Notes: generated by a model not told the origin, from the sequence alone. DNA of 42,732 nt from an uncultured Streptococcus sp. (GCA_902480035.1 CABSRC010000001.1:1-42732), one strand, 5' to 3'; positions 29,206-41,274 are shown, counted from the first letter of the stretch. A program made the numbers and translations.

Positions 29206-29235
29206 AAATTTAATCATATTCGGAGGTAAGGAGAT

Positions 29236-29247
29236 ATGAACAACTAA
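29236..29247 (+). CDS. Leader peptide uORF Met-Asn-Asn
   Basis: GGAGGTAAGGAGAT-ATG AAC AAC TAA: very strong SD in front of a 3-codon ORF. Confidence 0.7.
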   Translation: MNN

Positions 29248-29373
29248 GTTTCGTTAAATAAAATACTTTATTTAGTGGACTGCTTGTTCTATCTCTTTTT
29301 GTGTACCCTCTTGCCTATTTTCCAACTTTTTTTGGCTAAATAAGGTCTTTTTCTGCCTGGGTTCCACTTGAAT

Positions 29374-29405
29374 ACAGCTCTACTAAATAGGTAGAGCTGT
29401 TTTTT
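29374..29405 (+). terminator. Conditional terminator upstream of the ABC-F start
   Basis: ACAGCTCTAC-TAAATAG-GTAGAGCTGT-TTTTT, 21 nt before the ATG. Confidence 0.85.
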
Positions 29406-29426
29406 GTCCCAGTAGAAAGGAATCTT

Positions 29427-30950
29427 ATGCTAAAACTATCCCACCTCACTATCCGACATACAAAAGATTTACGCGATCTGGTTCGAGATCTTTCCCTGAC
29501 CATTCATGAAGGAGAAAAAGTTGCTATTATTGGCGAAGAAGGGAATGGAAAATCTTCCTTACTTCAGGTCCTTATGTCCCCAAAATCTCTACCAGATTAT
29601 CTGACTATAGAAGGAGAAATCACCACTTCCTTTCACTCCTATGCCTATATTCCCCAGTCTTTGCCGGAAGTATTGAAGGGAAAAACATTGGAAGAATATT
29701 TTTTTGGAGAAGACGAGCTAGACTATGCCACCCTCTACAGACTGGCTGATCAATTGCAATTTGATAGCGACCGCTTTGCGAGCGACCAAGCTATTGGAAG
29801 TCTATCTGGAGGAGAAGCCCTCAAAGTCCAACTGCTTCACGAACTTTGTCGTCCTCATGAATTACTATTTTTAGATGAACCTTCGAACGATCTGGATTTG
29901 GAAACCCTGGACTGGCTCCAGCAGATGATCCAAACAAGTCCCCAAACCATCCTATTTATTTCCCATCATGAGGATTTTTTGACTCAGACGGCGGATACGA
30001 TCATCCACCTAAGACAGATCAAACACCGCAAGGAGGCTGAAACCATTGTAGAGCACATAGGCTATCAGGACTACAGTAGCCAAAGGGAGCAACAATTCAA
30101 GCAGCAGTCCCAGCAAGCTGCCAACGATCAACGAACCTACAAGAAAACAATGGAGAAGCATCGCCGCGTCCGTCAGCAAGTCGAAACCTCCTTACGAAAT
30201 ACCAAAGATAGCACTGCTGGACGTCTCCTGGCAAAGAAAATGAAGTCCCTCCTCTCACAAGAAAAGCGCTACGAGCGAGAATTCCAATCCATGACTTCCC
30301 AACCCAATGATGAGGAAATCATCAATCTGCATTTCCCTCCCCTCACTCCCTTGTCTCCTCAAAAACGAGTCCTTCTCTTAGATCAGGAAGAGCTCGCAAT
30401 TGGTGACCGTGTCCTGGTCAAGAACCTCTCCCTTACTCTTCTAGGACAGGATAAAATAGGGATTATCGGTTCCAACGGTGTTGGGAAATCCACTTTCCTA
30501 AAAAAGATCTGGGAGATTTTACAGAATAATGAGAGTATCCGCACTGCCTATATGCCTCAAGATTACACTGAACGTCTCCCTCTGACTCAGACACCCGTTC
30601 AATTTCTACAGCATTCAGGTGATCGCGAAGAAATCAACACCATTCAATTGCATTTAGCCTCCCTCAACTTTACTTATTCTGAAATGCATCATCCGATCTC
30701 TGAACTTTCTGGTGGCCAGCAAGGCAAACTCTTCCTCCTTCAATTAGTACTCACAAGTCCCCAGTTTCTGCTCTTGGACGAGCCTACTCGTAATTTTTCC
30801 CCCACTTCCCAACCAGAAATTCGTCGCCTATTCGCAGACTACCCAGGCGGACTGGTTACAGTATCCCACGATCGGACCTTCCTCAAAGAAGTCTGCCAAA
30901 AAATCTATCGCCTGACCGAAAATGGTTTGGTAGAGATAGAGGCTCTCTAA
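29427..30950 (+). CDS. ABC-F family ATPase (two NBDs, no TM segments); candidate ribosome-protection protein
   Basis: GEEGNGKS/LSGGE/FLDEPSNDLD and GSNGVGKST/LSGGQ/LLDEPT/VSHDR joined by a long helical Q/K/R/E-rich linker; no permease nearby. Confidence 0.88.
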   Translation: MLKLSHLTIRHTKDLRDLVRDLSLTIHEGEKVAIIGEEGNGKSSLLQVLMSPKSLPDYLTIEGEITTSFHSYAYIPQSLPEVLKGKTLEEYFFGEDELDYATLYRLADQLQFDSDRFASDQAIGSLSGGEALKVQLLHELCRPHELLFLDEPSNDLDLETLDWLQQMIQTSPQTILFISHHEDFLTQTADTIIHLRQIKHRKEAETIVEHIGYQDYSSQREQQFKQQSQQAANDQRTYKKTMEKHRRVRQQVETSLRNTKDSTAGRLLAKKMKSLLSQEKRYEREFQSMTSQPNDEEIINLHFPPLTPLSPQKRVLLLDQEELAIGDRVLVKNLSLTLLGQDKIGIIGSNGVGKSTFLKKIWEILQNNESIRTAYMPQDYTERLPLTQTPVQFLQHSGDREEINTIQLHLASLNFTYSEMHHPISELSGGQQGKLFLLQLVLTSPQFLLLDEPTRNFSPTSQPEIRRLFADYPGGLVTVSHDRTFLKEVCQKIYRLTENGLVEIEAL

Positions 30951-30984
30951 CGTAAAAAAGATTGGCCAAAAAACCAATCTTTTT

Positions 30985-31800
30985 CTATTCCTTCGCTGCC
31001 TCTTGTCCCATTTCTTGGGTGCGTTTGTATGCTGCTTCCACTCCAGCAATGATGTCGCCCCGTAAGCCGACTTGTTCCAGGCGATTGACTCCGGCAATAG
31101 TAGAGCCACCTGGGCTACAAACTGCATCTCGCAAGCGGGCTGGATGTTCGCCTGTCTCTAGGACCATTTGACTGGCTCCTTGGAAGGTCTGTGCCGCCAT
31201 CTGCAAGACTTGCTCTCGTGTAAGTCCTAATCCTACTCCTGCATCTGCCATGGCTTCAATCATCTGATAGACAAAGGCTGGCCCGCAGCCTGCGACAGCC
31301 GTTGCAGGATCCATTAATTTTTCCTCGATCTCGTAGAGAGCCCCTGCTCCTGCTAAGAGCTGCTTGACCTGGGCTATCTGCTGGTCTGTCACTGCTTGGG
31401 AGCGGGCCAGACTGATAACACCTTGACCAATGGCCACAGGCGTATTGGGCATGATGCGGATGAGACCCACCTGTTCGTTCTGGATCACGTCAGCCATCTT
31501 TTCTAATTCCAGGCCTGCAGCCATGGAAACCAGTAAGAGATTAGAGCGTTGGGCCAAGATGCCTTGATACTCTCCTAGGAGAGGACAAATCTGATAGGGT
31601 TTGACCCCTAAAAAGATTACTTCAGCCTCTTGAAAGACTTGTTCAAGATCAGACGCCGTTCCCCCATACTGACTGATAAACTCTTGCACCTTTTGAGGAG
31701 AGCGATTGACCAAGAGCAAGTCTTGCGCGTCTACTTCTTTTGCGACTGCTTTGGCTAAACTAGCCCCCATGTTTCCAAGACCGATAAATGCAACTTTCAT
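30985..31800 (-). CDS. proC: Pyrroline-5-carboxylate reductase
   Basis: IGLGNMG, RIMPNTP and VCSPGGSTI motifs. Confidence 0.96.
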   Translation of the reverse strand: MKVAFIGLGNMGASLAKAVAKEVDAQDLLLVNRSPQKVQEFISQYGGTASDLEQVFQEAEVIFLGVKPYQICPLLGEYQGILAQRSNLLLVSMAAGLELEKMADVIQNEQVGLIRIMPNTPVAIGQGVISLARSQAVTDQQIAQVKQLLAGAGALYEIEEKLMDPATAVAGCGPAFVYQMIEAMADAGVGLGLTREQVLQMAAQTFQGASQMVLETGEHPARLRDAVCSPGGSTIAGVNRLEQVGLRGDIIAGVEAAYKRTQEMGQEAAKE

Positions 31801-31803
31801 TTC

Positions 31804-33051
31804 TTACCTCACTTGACCATTTCCACTGACGATATATTTGTAGCTGGTCATTTCCCGGAGTCCCATGGGTCCACGCGCATGGAGTTTTTGGGTCGAGATC
31901 CCCATTTCACAACCTAGACCAAATTGACCTCCATCTGTAAAGCGTGTAGAAGCATTGACATAAACCGCTGCTGAATCTACTTGCTTGGTGAAATAAGCCG
32001 CTGTCTCAGAATTTTCTGTCACAATGGCATCCGAATGATGGGTGCTGTGAGCTTCAATGTGGTCCACTGCTTCCTCAACCCCATCAACGACCTTGACTGC
32101 TAAAATATAATCTAAAAATTCGGTATCAAAATCCTGTTCCTGCGCTGCTGTTCCAGAAATGATAGCCTGTGCTTGCTCATCAAGGCGCAACTCAACGGAT
32201 CTTTCCCGTGCATCCACTAAACGCTCTTTGACCAAAGGCAAAAAGTCAGACGCGATCGCTCGATCGATCAACAAGACCTCCATGGCATTGCAGACGGATG
32301 GGCGACTGGTCTTAGCATTTTCAATAATGGCGAGGGCTTTCTGGAAGTCAGCATCCTTGTCCACATAGACATGGACGATCCCTGTACCTGTCTCGATCAC
32401 AGGGACAATAGCATTTTCAACCACCGCTTGGATCAAACCAGCACCACCACGTGGAATAAGCAAGTCCAGGTAGCCCTTAGCCTTCATCATAGCAAGGCTG
32501 GAAGCTCGACTCGTATCTTGGATCAATTGGAGAAGGTCTGGATTGAGTCCAGCTTCTTCCAATCCAGCCTTAAGAGCGGTCACGATCGCTTGGGCAGAAT
32601 GAAAGGCATCCCTTCCAGTACGAAGAACCACTGCATTTCCACTCTTGATGGCAAGCGCTGCAGCGTCTGACGTTACATTTGGACGGCTTTCATAAATGAT
32701 CCCAATGACGCCCATAGCGACTCGAACTTTCTTGATTTCAAGGCAATTTTCCAAAACTTCAGTATCCAGCACTTCCCCAATCGGATCTGGCAGATCGATT
32801 AAAGCACGGATACCTTGTGCCATCCCTTCAATCCGCTCTTGATCAAGAAATAGGCGATCTAGCATGACTTCAGAGATCTTCCCGCGTGCCGCTTCCATAT
32901 CGATTTGATTGGCTGCTAAAATGGCTTCCGTCGCTTTCAGAAGTTGGCTGGCCATAGCTTCTAAGGCTTGATTTTTAAGAGCTGTACTGGCCGTATTGAT
33001 GCTTTTCTTAGCTGATCTCGCTAATTCTAATTGTTCTTGTGTTGTTCCCAT
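31804..33051 (-). CDS. proA: Gamma-glutamyl phosphate reductase
   Basis: [26 protein letters not shown] and [12 protein letters not shown] motifs; start MGTT at 33051. Confidence 0.96.
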   Translation of the reverse strand: MGTTQEQLELARSAKKSINTASTALKNQALEAMASQLLKATEAILAANQIDMEAARGKISEVMLDRLFLDQERIEGMAQGIRALIDLPDPIGEVLDTEVLENCLEIKKVRVAMGVIGIIYESRPNVTSDAAALAIKSGNAVVLRTGRDAFHSAQAIVTALKAGLEEAGLNPDLLQLIQDTSRASSLAMMKAKGYLDLLIPRGGAGLIQAVVENAIVPVIETGTGIVHVYVDKDADFQKALAIIENAKTSRPSVCNAMEVLLIDRAIASDFLPLVKERLVDARERSVELRLDEQAQAIISGTAAQEQDFDTEFLDYILAVKVVDGVEEAVDHIEAHSTHHSDAIVTENSETAAYFTKQVDSAAVYVNASTRFTDGGQFGLGCEMGISTQKLHARGPMGLREMTSYKYIVSGNGQVR

Positions 33052-33061
33052 ACGTTTTCCT

Positions 33062-34171
33062 CTAGAATTCTGTAAAGAGTAAGTCAATTTCAGGAGTTAC
33101 CGAGATCCAATCATCCCGGTGGATGAGGATTCCCTTGGCTTTTTTAGATTGGAGCATATCGCGCACAGCCGACTGGCCGAGACGAACTTTCCCTTTCCCT
33201 AGTAATTGTCCTGACTCTTGATGATAGACGCTGACGATGTCTTGATAAGAAAAATCCCCTTCTGCCTTGGTCACACCAGAAATTAATAAGCTCTTTCCGT
33301 ATTGCAACAAGGCCTCAGCCGCTCCAGCATCCACCCAAAGAGCTCCTTTACTTTCTGCATAAAAGGCTAGCCATTGCTTCTGGGTTTTTAAACCCTTGTC
33401 CTCTGCTAGGAAGTAACTGCCATCTGCTTGCTCTTGCGCCGCTTCGATCAAGGCATCAGGCTTGAGAGACGAGCAAATATAGACAGGAACTCCTGACTCT
33501 GTCGCAAGAGTCGCTGCCTTGAGTTTGGTCAGCATTCCGCCAGTTCCATTGCTACTACCCGCACCTCCAGCCATCTCGATCATTTCTCGTGAAATATGCT
33601 CGATTCGCTCCAACCGCTTGGCTGTTGGATCCTGAGAAGGATTGGCTGTATAGAGACCATCCACATCCGTCAACAGCACTAATAGATCCGCTTGGGCCAT
33701 GGCCGCAACTTGCGCACTCAAGGTATCATTGTCACCAACTTTTAGCTCAGCGATAGAGACCGTATCATTTTCATTGATAATCGGAATGGCCCCACGGTTG
33801 AGTAAGACAGAAAGGGCCTGGTGGGCATTCTTATAGCGACGTTGATCCGCAAAGTCATCTTGGGTTAATAAAATTTGTGCAGAAACAATGTTGCGTAAAA
33901 GAAGATTAGAAGTATATTCTTCCATCAATAAACCTTGACCAACTGCCGCAGAGGCTTGCTTGTCTGCCACCTTAGTCGGCCGTTTCTTAAAACCAAGGGC
34001 ACCAAACCCAGCAGCAACCGCCCCTGATGAGACCAAAATCAATTCATGGCCTGATTCATGTAAGAGAGCCAACTGCTGGGTAATGACCTTGACCTTCTGT
34101 CTGGAGAGACTCCCGTCTGGGTTGGTCAAAGACGAGGTCCCTACTTTAAAGACGATTCGTTTTGCTTTCAT
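33062..34171 (-). CDS. proB: Glutamate 5-kinase
   Basis: [21 protein letters not shown] and GTGGMLTK motifs plus C-terminal PUA domain. Confidence 0.96.
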   Translation of the reverse strand: MKAKRIVFKVGTSSLTNPDGSLSRQKVKVITQQLALLHESGHELILVSSGAVAAGFGALGFKKRPTKVADKQASAAVGQGLLMEEYTSNLLLRNIVSAQILLTQDDFADQRRYKNAHQALSVLLNRGAIPIINENDTVSIAELKVGDNDTLSAQVAAMAQADLLVLLTDVDGLYTANPSQDPTAKRLERIEHISREMIEMAGGAGSSNGTGGMLTKLKAATLATESGVPVYICSSLKPDALIEAAQEQADGSYFLAEDKGLKTQKQWLAFYAESKGALWVDAGAAEALLQYGKSLLISGVTKAEGDFSYQDIVSVYHQESGQLLGKGKVRLGQSAVRDMLQSKKAKGILIHRDDWISVTPEIDLLFTEF

Positions 34172-34218
34172 CTCTATGTTACTTTCTAATACTATTTATT
34201 TCGTATGTAATGAAAGTG

Positions 34219-34462
34219 AGGCTGGACAAAAACTGTCCAGCTCTCAATGTTTGATAGTAATAACAGTATGACGCAGTGGTTGATTGGAATCTTTGTTCGC
34301 TTTTTAGGCTCCAAAGATGACCTAATGAGGGAAACAAAGTTTCCTTTATCTGCGACCTCCAACAGTCTCCCAGACTGTTGGAGCTATGCGGGGTGGGAAG
34401 ATTGAAAAGGTTTGGGAAACCTTTTCAACCTTTTCTAAATTTAGGAGTTCTTTCCCACTCCC
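34219..34462. repeat. Palindromic intergenic repeat element, copy B (with extra hairpin modules)
   Basis: Colinear with 17471-17639 but with additional hairpins at ~34330-34344, 34357-34383 and 34402-34428. Confidence 0.85.
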
Positions 34463-34470
34463 ATTCTTCA

Positions 34471-35361
34471 TTATCCTTTTCGAAGGTCTTCCAGCGTTTT
34501 CTCAAAGATCGCTGGCACTTCTGCTGTAAATTCCAAAGTCTCTCCTGTGCGAGGGTGGGTAAAGCCGAGTGTCCGCGCATGAAGAAACTGTCCTTGTCCT
34601 TTGAGTGTTTTCTTAGGTCCATAAGCAGGATCTCCAGCTACTGGATGGCCGATATAGGCCATGTGCACCCGAATTTGGTGGGTGCGACCGGTCTCCAGTT
34701 GCAACTCTACCAGCGTGTAATCCCCAAAGCGTTCCAAGACTTGAAAACGGGTCACAGCAGGCTTGCCTTTCGCTGTCACCGCTTGTTTTTTCCGGTCTTT
34801 TTCACTGCGACCAATTGGTGCTTCAATCATGCCCCGATCGTTTGGGAGATTGCCATGGACAATGGCCCAATACTTCCGGAGAGATTTTTTGTCTTTGAGT
34901 TCCTCTGCTAAGGCGACGTGGGCTTGGTCATTTTTTGCGACCATCAAGAGGCCTGACGTGTCTTTGTCAATCCGGTGGACGATTCCTGGACGCAATTCCC
35001 CATTGATTCCTGAAAGGTCTTTGACATGGTATAAGAGCGCATTGACCAAGGTTCCACTGGTGTGGCCGGCACTCGGGTGAACGACCATGCCTTGGGGTTT
35101 ATTGACGACGACGACATCCTGGTCCTCATAGACGATGTCTAAGGGCAGATCTTCGGCTTCATAGTTGACCACTTCCACTTCTGGGACTTCATACTGGATG
35201 ATGTCTCCTTCTTTGACCGTATACTTAGCTTTTTTCACAGTTCCATTGACCAGAACTTTTCCTTCTTTGATCTGCTCATTGGCTACAGCTCGTGACAAGG
35301 GAGTCAAATCCGCCAAAGCCTTATCCAGTCGCGCACCGGCTACTTCAATTTTAATTTCCAT
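34471..35361 (-). CDS. rluD: RluA/RluD-family 23S rRNA pseudouridine synthase with S4 domain
   Basis: RLDK S4 domain, [20 protein letters not shown] and [10 protein letters not shown] motifs; follows lspA. Confidence 0.9.
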   Translation of the reverse strand: MEIKIEVAGARLDKALADLTPLSRAVANEQIKEGKVLVNGTVKKAKYTVKEGDIIQYEVPEVEVVNYEAEDLPLDIVYEDQDVVVVNKPQGMVVHPSAGHTSGTLVNALLYHVKDLSGINGELRPGIVHRIDKDTSGLLMVAKNDQAHVALAEELKDKKSLRKYWAIVHGNLPNDRGMIEAPIGRSEKDRKKQAVTAKGKPAVTRFQVLERFGDYTLVELQLETGRTHQIRVHMAYIGHPVAGDPAYGPKKTLKGQGQFLHARTLGFTHPRTGETLEFTAEVPAIFEKTLEDLRKG

Positions 35362-35812
35362 GCGTTTCCTCTTTTAACATCAGAATCAGGAGCAAGAAAA
35401 CTCCAACTGTCAAATAACTATCTGCTACATTAAAAATTGCAAAATTCATAAAATCCAGGTGGAACATATCGACCACAAAGCCCTGACGCAGGCGATCGAT
35501 AAAATTCCCCAAGCCACCTGCAATCACCAAGGTCAAGCCCGTCACCATCCAAAGCGACCCCTTGAGGTGCTTATAAAGATAGTAAAAGGCTCCCACCATC
35601 ACGACTAGAGTGATGAGGGTAAAGAACCATTGCTGATTTTCAAGAAGCGAAAAAGCTGCACCTGTGTTTTGAAGGTAGGTCAGGCTGACCACATGGGGAA
35701 TAAAAGACTTGACGACACCCAGCGGAATGTTCTTCACCACATACCATTTGACCAGCTGATCCAGTAGGACCAATAGCACGATTGCTACTGGGACCATTGT
35801 TTTTCTCTTCAT
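35351..35812 (-). CDS. lspA: Lipoprotein signal peptidase II
   Basis: NTGAAFS, GNFIDR, VVD and FNVAD motifs. Confidence 0.97.
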   Translation of the reverse strand: MKRKTMVPVAIVLLVLLDQLVKWYVVKNIPLGVVKSFIPHVVSLTYLQNTGAAFSLLENQQWFFTLITLVVMVGAFYYLYKHLKGSLWMVTGLTLVIAGGLGNFIDRLRQGFVVDMFHLDFMNFAIFNVADSYLTVGVFLLLILMLKEETHGN

Positions 35813-35815
35813 TTC

Positions 35816-36718
35816 TTACCTCTTTTGATCAAAATATTCTACCATGACCTCGACAAACTTCTCTGCTACAGGAGAGAGATCCATCTCTTCGCGTTTGACA
35901 TAGACCATTTTATTGTCCAGGTTGTCTTCTAAAGGAATCACGGTAATGCCATTCACCGACTGGCTATCTAAAAAGCCTGATCCTGTTGCATAAGCATCTG
36001 TCCGCTCCAAGATCCCATTCAAGGTAGCCCGGTCGGTTACATTGAACATTTGGGAGCTCGAACTGGTATCGACAAAGTTCTCTGAATAATAGAGGTACTC
36101 ATCTTTTTCTTGGGTAAAGCGAACAGTTGGCAACTGAGCTAGATCTTCCATGACCAGTTTTTTCTTCTTAGCTAGAGGGTGTCCCTTGCGAAGGTAAATA
36201 TGAGTCTGAAAAGGAATCAAATCCACCACTTCAAGCCCTAATTTATCGACCCGTTGCATAATCCCCTTGGTATTTTGACGGTTGAGATAAATAATCCCCA
36301 ACTCACTATGCCCTTGAGCCACTTCATCCAAAATTTGAACCGTCGTTGACTCAAAGATGCGGAAGTTTTTATTTTCCGGATAACGAATCGAGAATTCCGT
36401 CATCAAAGGCGGCAAAAAGTCATAGTGTTGACTAGAAATAGAGAATTCTTTCTTCTCTTCTTCAGGGCTGGCATATTGATTTTGAAAAATATCAAACCCT
36501 TTGACCACATCCTGCGCTTTTTCATAAAATTCCATTCCCCGACGGGTCAAAAAAGTCCCAGAACTGGTCCGACGAAAAATCTTAAACCCCAGTTCCTTTT
36601 CCAGATCTCTGACGGAGATAGACAAGCTCGGCTGACTCACATACATTTTTTCAGCAGCCTCACGAAAAGTACCACTATTGGCAATCGCCACTACATATCG
36701 TAATTGTTGTATATTCAT
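35816..36718 (-). CDS. cpsY: LysR family transcriptional regulator (CpsY/MetR-MtaR group)
   Basis: MNIQQLRY...SQPSLSISVRDLEKELG HTH; conserved position upstream of lspA-rluD in streptococci. Confidence 0.8.
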   Translation of the reverse strand: MNIQQLRYVVAIANSGTFREAAEKMYVSQPSLSISVRDLEKELGFKIFRRTSSGTFLTRRGMEFYEKAQDVVKGFDIFQNQYASPEEEKKEFSISSQHYDFLPPLMTEFSIRYPENKNFRIFESTTVQILDEVAQGHSELGIIYLNRQNTKGIMQRVDKLGLEVVDLIPFQTHIYLRKGHPLAKKKKLVMEDLAQLPTVRFTQEKDEYLYYSENFVDTSSSSQMFNVTDRATLNGILERTDAYATGSGFLDSQSVNGITVIPLEDNLDNKMVYVKREEMDLSPVAEKFVEVMVEYFDQKR

Positions 36719-36809
36719 TCTATTTTCCTTATTACAGTATCGTCCTATTATACCATAAATTAGAGACTGAAAGAAGAGATCCGTTTAAGAGACCTTCTTC
36801 TCGTGAAAA

Positions 36810-36840
36810 TAAAAAAACTGGAACTAAAACAGTTCCAGTT
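36810..36840 (-). terminator. lacG intrinsic terminator
   Basis: AACTGGAACT-GTTTT-AGTTCCAGTT followed by a T run on the minus strand. Confidence 0.8.
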
Positions 36841-36845
36841 GATAC

Positions 36846-38267
<1,422 letters not shown>

Positions 38268-38353
38268 TTAATTGAATCAAATGAAAAGTGAGCGGAGAGG
38301 AGTTAGTGAGCCATCCATCTCCATCTCACTTCAATCAACAGTAAATCTATTTA

Positions 38354-40054
38354 TTATTGAAATTGTTCTTGAACGAATGCAAGAGCGCCTTTACCATCAC
38401 GAGTCAACTTGATGTATTGAGCTCCTTCAGTCTTAGCCAATTTGATACCTAGTTTATCTGTTTCTGCCTTCATGTCTTCATAGTTAGAAGCTACTTGAGG
38501 GGCTAGGATAACCAGGTCAAATTCTGGCAACATTTCACGGTGAGCACCATAGCCACCTGCTGCTGCTTTGACAGGAACATTATATTCTGCTGCCGCCTTG
38601 TTTAAGGCATTTGCAAGAAGACCACTTGTACCACCACCTGCACAAAGAACCAATACGTTTGTTTCTTTTGTGATATTGTTTTGAGCTGGTTCATTTTCAA
38701 CACCAGCTTTTTCAAGAACAGCATCAGCTTTCGCTGTATTGAAGTTTGCAGCAACTTTTTCTTTCAAGCTATCGTTTGATTTACCTGAACGTTCTTCTTC
38801 AAGAATTTGTTCATCGTAAACTTTAACGAATGGGTAGTAAATGATCACGTCTACTACAACAAGAAGTGCAGCAAGGATGAAGGAAAGAACTTGGAAGTTC
38901 GTACCAAGAACAATACCAAGAGGTCCAGGAGTTACCCATGGAAGGTTAGCAGAGAATGAGTTCATTCCCAAGGTATCAACAAAGAATTTGAAGATCCAGA
39001 CGTTTGCGATTGGCGCAAAGATAAATGGAATGAAGAAGGTTGGATTCAATACGATTGGAGCCCCGAAGAGAATTGGTTCGTTTACACCGAAGAATGTAGG
39101 AACAACAGATGCACGTCCAATCGCACGGTTTCGTTCAGACTTACACAACCACATGAAGAGGAAGGGAACAATCAAGGTTGCACCAGTACCACCCATGGTA
39201 ACGATAAACATTTGAGTCCCAGAAGTGATGACTTTATCTGCGTGTTGGCCTGCTTGAAGCAAGTGCAAGTTGTTATCAATATTTGCATAAGTGATCGCCG
39301 CAATCGCTGGTTCTACGATAGAAGGACCGTGGATACCAACAAACCAGAAGAAGGCATAAGCACCAAAGATAAGGGTAATTCCAAGATAACCATCTGCCGC
39401 AGAGAACAATGGAGCTAGAAGTGTTCCGATTGATTCCGCAACGGTTACACCGATAGCACCTTTAACAATCAATTCAAATGCATACAAGAGAACTATTGAA
39501 ACTGTGAATGGAATCAAGTCTTTGAAAACTTGTGAAATATTCGGTGGAACCTCGTCTGGCATGCGAATCGTCACATTATTTTTCACACAGACCTTATAAA
39601 CATTAACTGTAACAAAGGCTGCAATGAAGGCTGTCAACAGACCTTTTGTACCCATGAAGGCTGTAAGAATGCCACCATCTTTACCAGGTTCTGCTGCCAT
39701 GAGTAGGAAACCAACCATAGAAGCGAGCATGGTAGAAAGGTAGTTAATTTGATTGGTTGCTGGCAGATCCCGGTTCATAGAATCGGTCAATGCTTTAGCC
39801 GTTGTACCACCAACAAAGAAGGCTAAGATCCCCATTGAGTAGTTATATGGAGTCATCAAGAATGTTTCAATATCTTTAGACCAGTGGAATCCCCAAGCGT
39901 TTGGTACATACGCAATTAGGATGAAGATAGATGAGAATAAGATTACAGGCATCCCTGCAATAAAACCATCCCGAATCGCTCGCAAATATTTATTACGAGA
40001 AATCTTTTCAAAGAAAGGTTTCCCTTTTTCAATCAGTTCAATCAGTTTATTCAT
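38354..40054 (-). CDS. lacE: PTS lactose-specific EIICB
   Basis: [23 protein letters not shown] and VLCAGGGTS (EIIB Cys) motifs. Confidence 0.96.
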   Translation of the reverse strand: MNKLIELIEKGKPFFEKISRNKYLRAIRDGFIAGMPVILFSSIFILIAYVPNAWGFHWSKDIETFLMTPYNYSMGILAFFVGGTTAKALTDSMNRDLPATNQINYLSTMLASMVGFLLMAAEPGKDGGILTAFMGTKGLLTAFIAAFVTVNVYKVCVKNNVTIRMPDEVPPNISQVFKDLIPFTVSIVLLYAFELIVKGAIGVTVAESIGTLLAPLFSAADGYLGITLIFGAYAFFWFVGIHGPSIVEPAIAAITYANIDNNLHLLQAGQHADKVITSGTQMFIVTMGGTGATLIVPFLFMWLCKSERNRAIGRASVVPTFFGVNEPILFGAPIVLNPTFFIPFIFAPIANVWIFKFFVDTLGMNSFSANLPWVTPGPLGIVLGTNFQVLSFILAALLVVVDVIIYYPFVKVYDEQILEEERSGKSNDSLKEKVAANFNTAKADAVLEKAGVENEPAQNNITKETNVLVLCAGGGTSGLLANALNKAAAEYNVPVKAAAGGYGAHREMLPEFDLVILAPQVASNYEDMKAETDKLGIKLAKTEGAQYIKLTRDGKGALAFVQEQFQ

Positions 40055-40371
40055 TATTTTGCTCCTCTTTTATATAGTTCAATCAGATGATGAATCACAT
40101 CTTTTAATAAGATCGTTGTCATGAGATGGTCTTGACCATGCATCATAGTGATGCTATAAGGGATTTCTTCTCCTGCAGCTTCTTGCGCTAGCATGGTCGT
40201 TTGAGATTTGTGAGCCTCAGCGATACAGGCCCCTGCTTCTTCTACCAAGGATTCTGCTTTCGTAAAATCACCGTTTTCAGCAGCTTTTAATGCTTCTATC
40301 AATTTTGATCGAGCGTCACCGGCATAAGCGACAATTTCAAACCCAAGTAATTGGACTTCTTCTTTATTCAT
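40054..40371 (-). CDS. lacF: PTS lactose-specific EIIA
   Basis: AGDARS, AHKSQT and HGQDHLM motifs. Confidence 0.96.
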   Translation of the reverse strand: MNKEEVQLLGFEIVAYAGDARSKLIEALKAAENGDFTKAESLVEEAGACIAEAHKSQTTMLAQEAAGEEIPYSITMMHGQDHLMTTILLKDVIHHLIELYKRGAK

Positions 40372-40406
40372 GTTGGTTCCTCCTTATGATAACCTTTTTA
40401 AAAATT

Positions 40407-41240
40407 TTATAATAGACGTTGAATATGCAAGGCTAAATAGACTTTTTCATTAGGAGATAACTCGGCTCCGGTCTGTTCAGCGATGGTTTGGTAGATCTGA
40501 TGACTAATCTCATAAGCCTTTGGATAACTTAGCTGGATCAGTTGTTCCATCTCGCTCAATCCTTCAGGATCCTCTCTTCCCTTATCTAGGGAGTCAAGGA
40601 AATAATTAAGATGGATCATAAAGCGATCATAGAAATGACTGTTCTCTTCTTTTCGTTTCAATCCATTTTGAGCTAGTTTTTCTTCTACAGCTTTCAAAAT
40701 CGCTTGGCGATCTTGGACATCAGGATCCTGCTCATGAATGACTTCCCCTTGTGCATTGATGAAGTGATAGGCGATACGATTCACTTCGTCATCAGGAAAT
40801 TGATCCAAGAGCCGCTCTCGAAAGATTTCAATCGCTTCCTTTGCGATTTTATAGGGGATCGGATGCATAGCAGACGCATCAGGTAGATCACTGTGTTTGT
40901 ATCTTCCCTGTTGAACCGCCTGGTAAGAACAAAAGATGTGATCTGTTAGTGTCACATAGATATATTCTTGAACAGGATAGGCATATTTCTTAGACAAGGT
41001 ATCAATCACTTCATAAGTGGTTGTGATGAAATCAAGAGGAACATCCTTTAGAAGGGCCATAAAGTTTTCTCTTGATTCATCCGTGTTTAAACGAAATACT
41101 TTTTCGACCTTATCATCAGCTACCAGATCATTTTTCTTTTTCCCAAAAGCAATCCCACTCCCAACAACAATTAACTCTTGTTGAAGCTCATTTTGAACCA
41201 AAGCAACATTATTGTTCATTGGATGGATAATACGATACAT
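40407..41240 (-). CDS. lacT: BglG-family transcription antiterminator LacT
   Basis: CAT RNA-binding domain (MNNNVAL, GSGIAF) and two PRD domains (LTDH, AYHF, MIHL, ALHI); start MYRII at 41240 behind AAAGGAG. Confidence 0.93.
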   Translation of the reverse strand: MYRIIHPMNNNVALVQNELQQELIVVGSGIAFGKKKNDLVADDKVEKVFRLNTDESRENFMALLKDVPLDFITTTYEVIDTLSKKYAYPVQEYIYVTLTDHIFCSYQAVQQGRYKHSDLPDASAMHPIPYKIAKEAIEIFRERLLDQFPDDEVNRIAYHFINAQGEVIHEQDPDVQDRQAILKAVEEKLAQNGLKRKEENSHFYDRFMIHLNYFLDSLDKGREDPEGLSEMEQLIQLSYPKAYEISHQIYQTIAEQTGAELSPNEKVYLALHIQRLL

Positions 41241-41274
41241 GAGGCTCTCCTTTGTAAAATTTGTTAAAAGCAAA

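Larger units (their letters stand above)
29212..29405 (+). promoter_or_regulatory. Ribosome-dependent transcription attenuator (structured 5' leader) of the ABC-F gene
   Basis: uORF plus mutually exclusive anti-antiterminator, antiterminator and terminator pairings (see findings). Confidence 0.75.

Noticed and set aside
29110..29217. Hydrophobic signal-like N-terminal extension on HemW
   Set aside because: Covers the divergent promoter region; homologues start at the M-x3-PTSAYVH position.
32740..32750. Cys in place of the usual Gly in ProA LENGL
   Set aside because: Single substitution outside catalytic motifs; the frame is intact, so not a pseudogene.
34197..34205. ComX/cin-box-like TACGAAATA upstream of proB
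   Set aside because: Does not match TACGAATA exactly and proB is not an expected competence gene.
34378..34911. 177-aa plus-strand ORF starting in repeat copy B (possible transposase)
   Set aside because: Mostly antisense to rluD; no HUH or DDE motifs.
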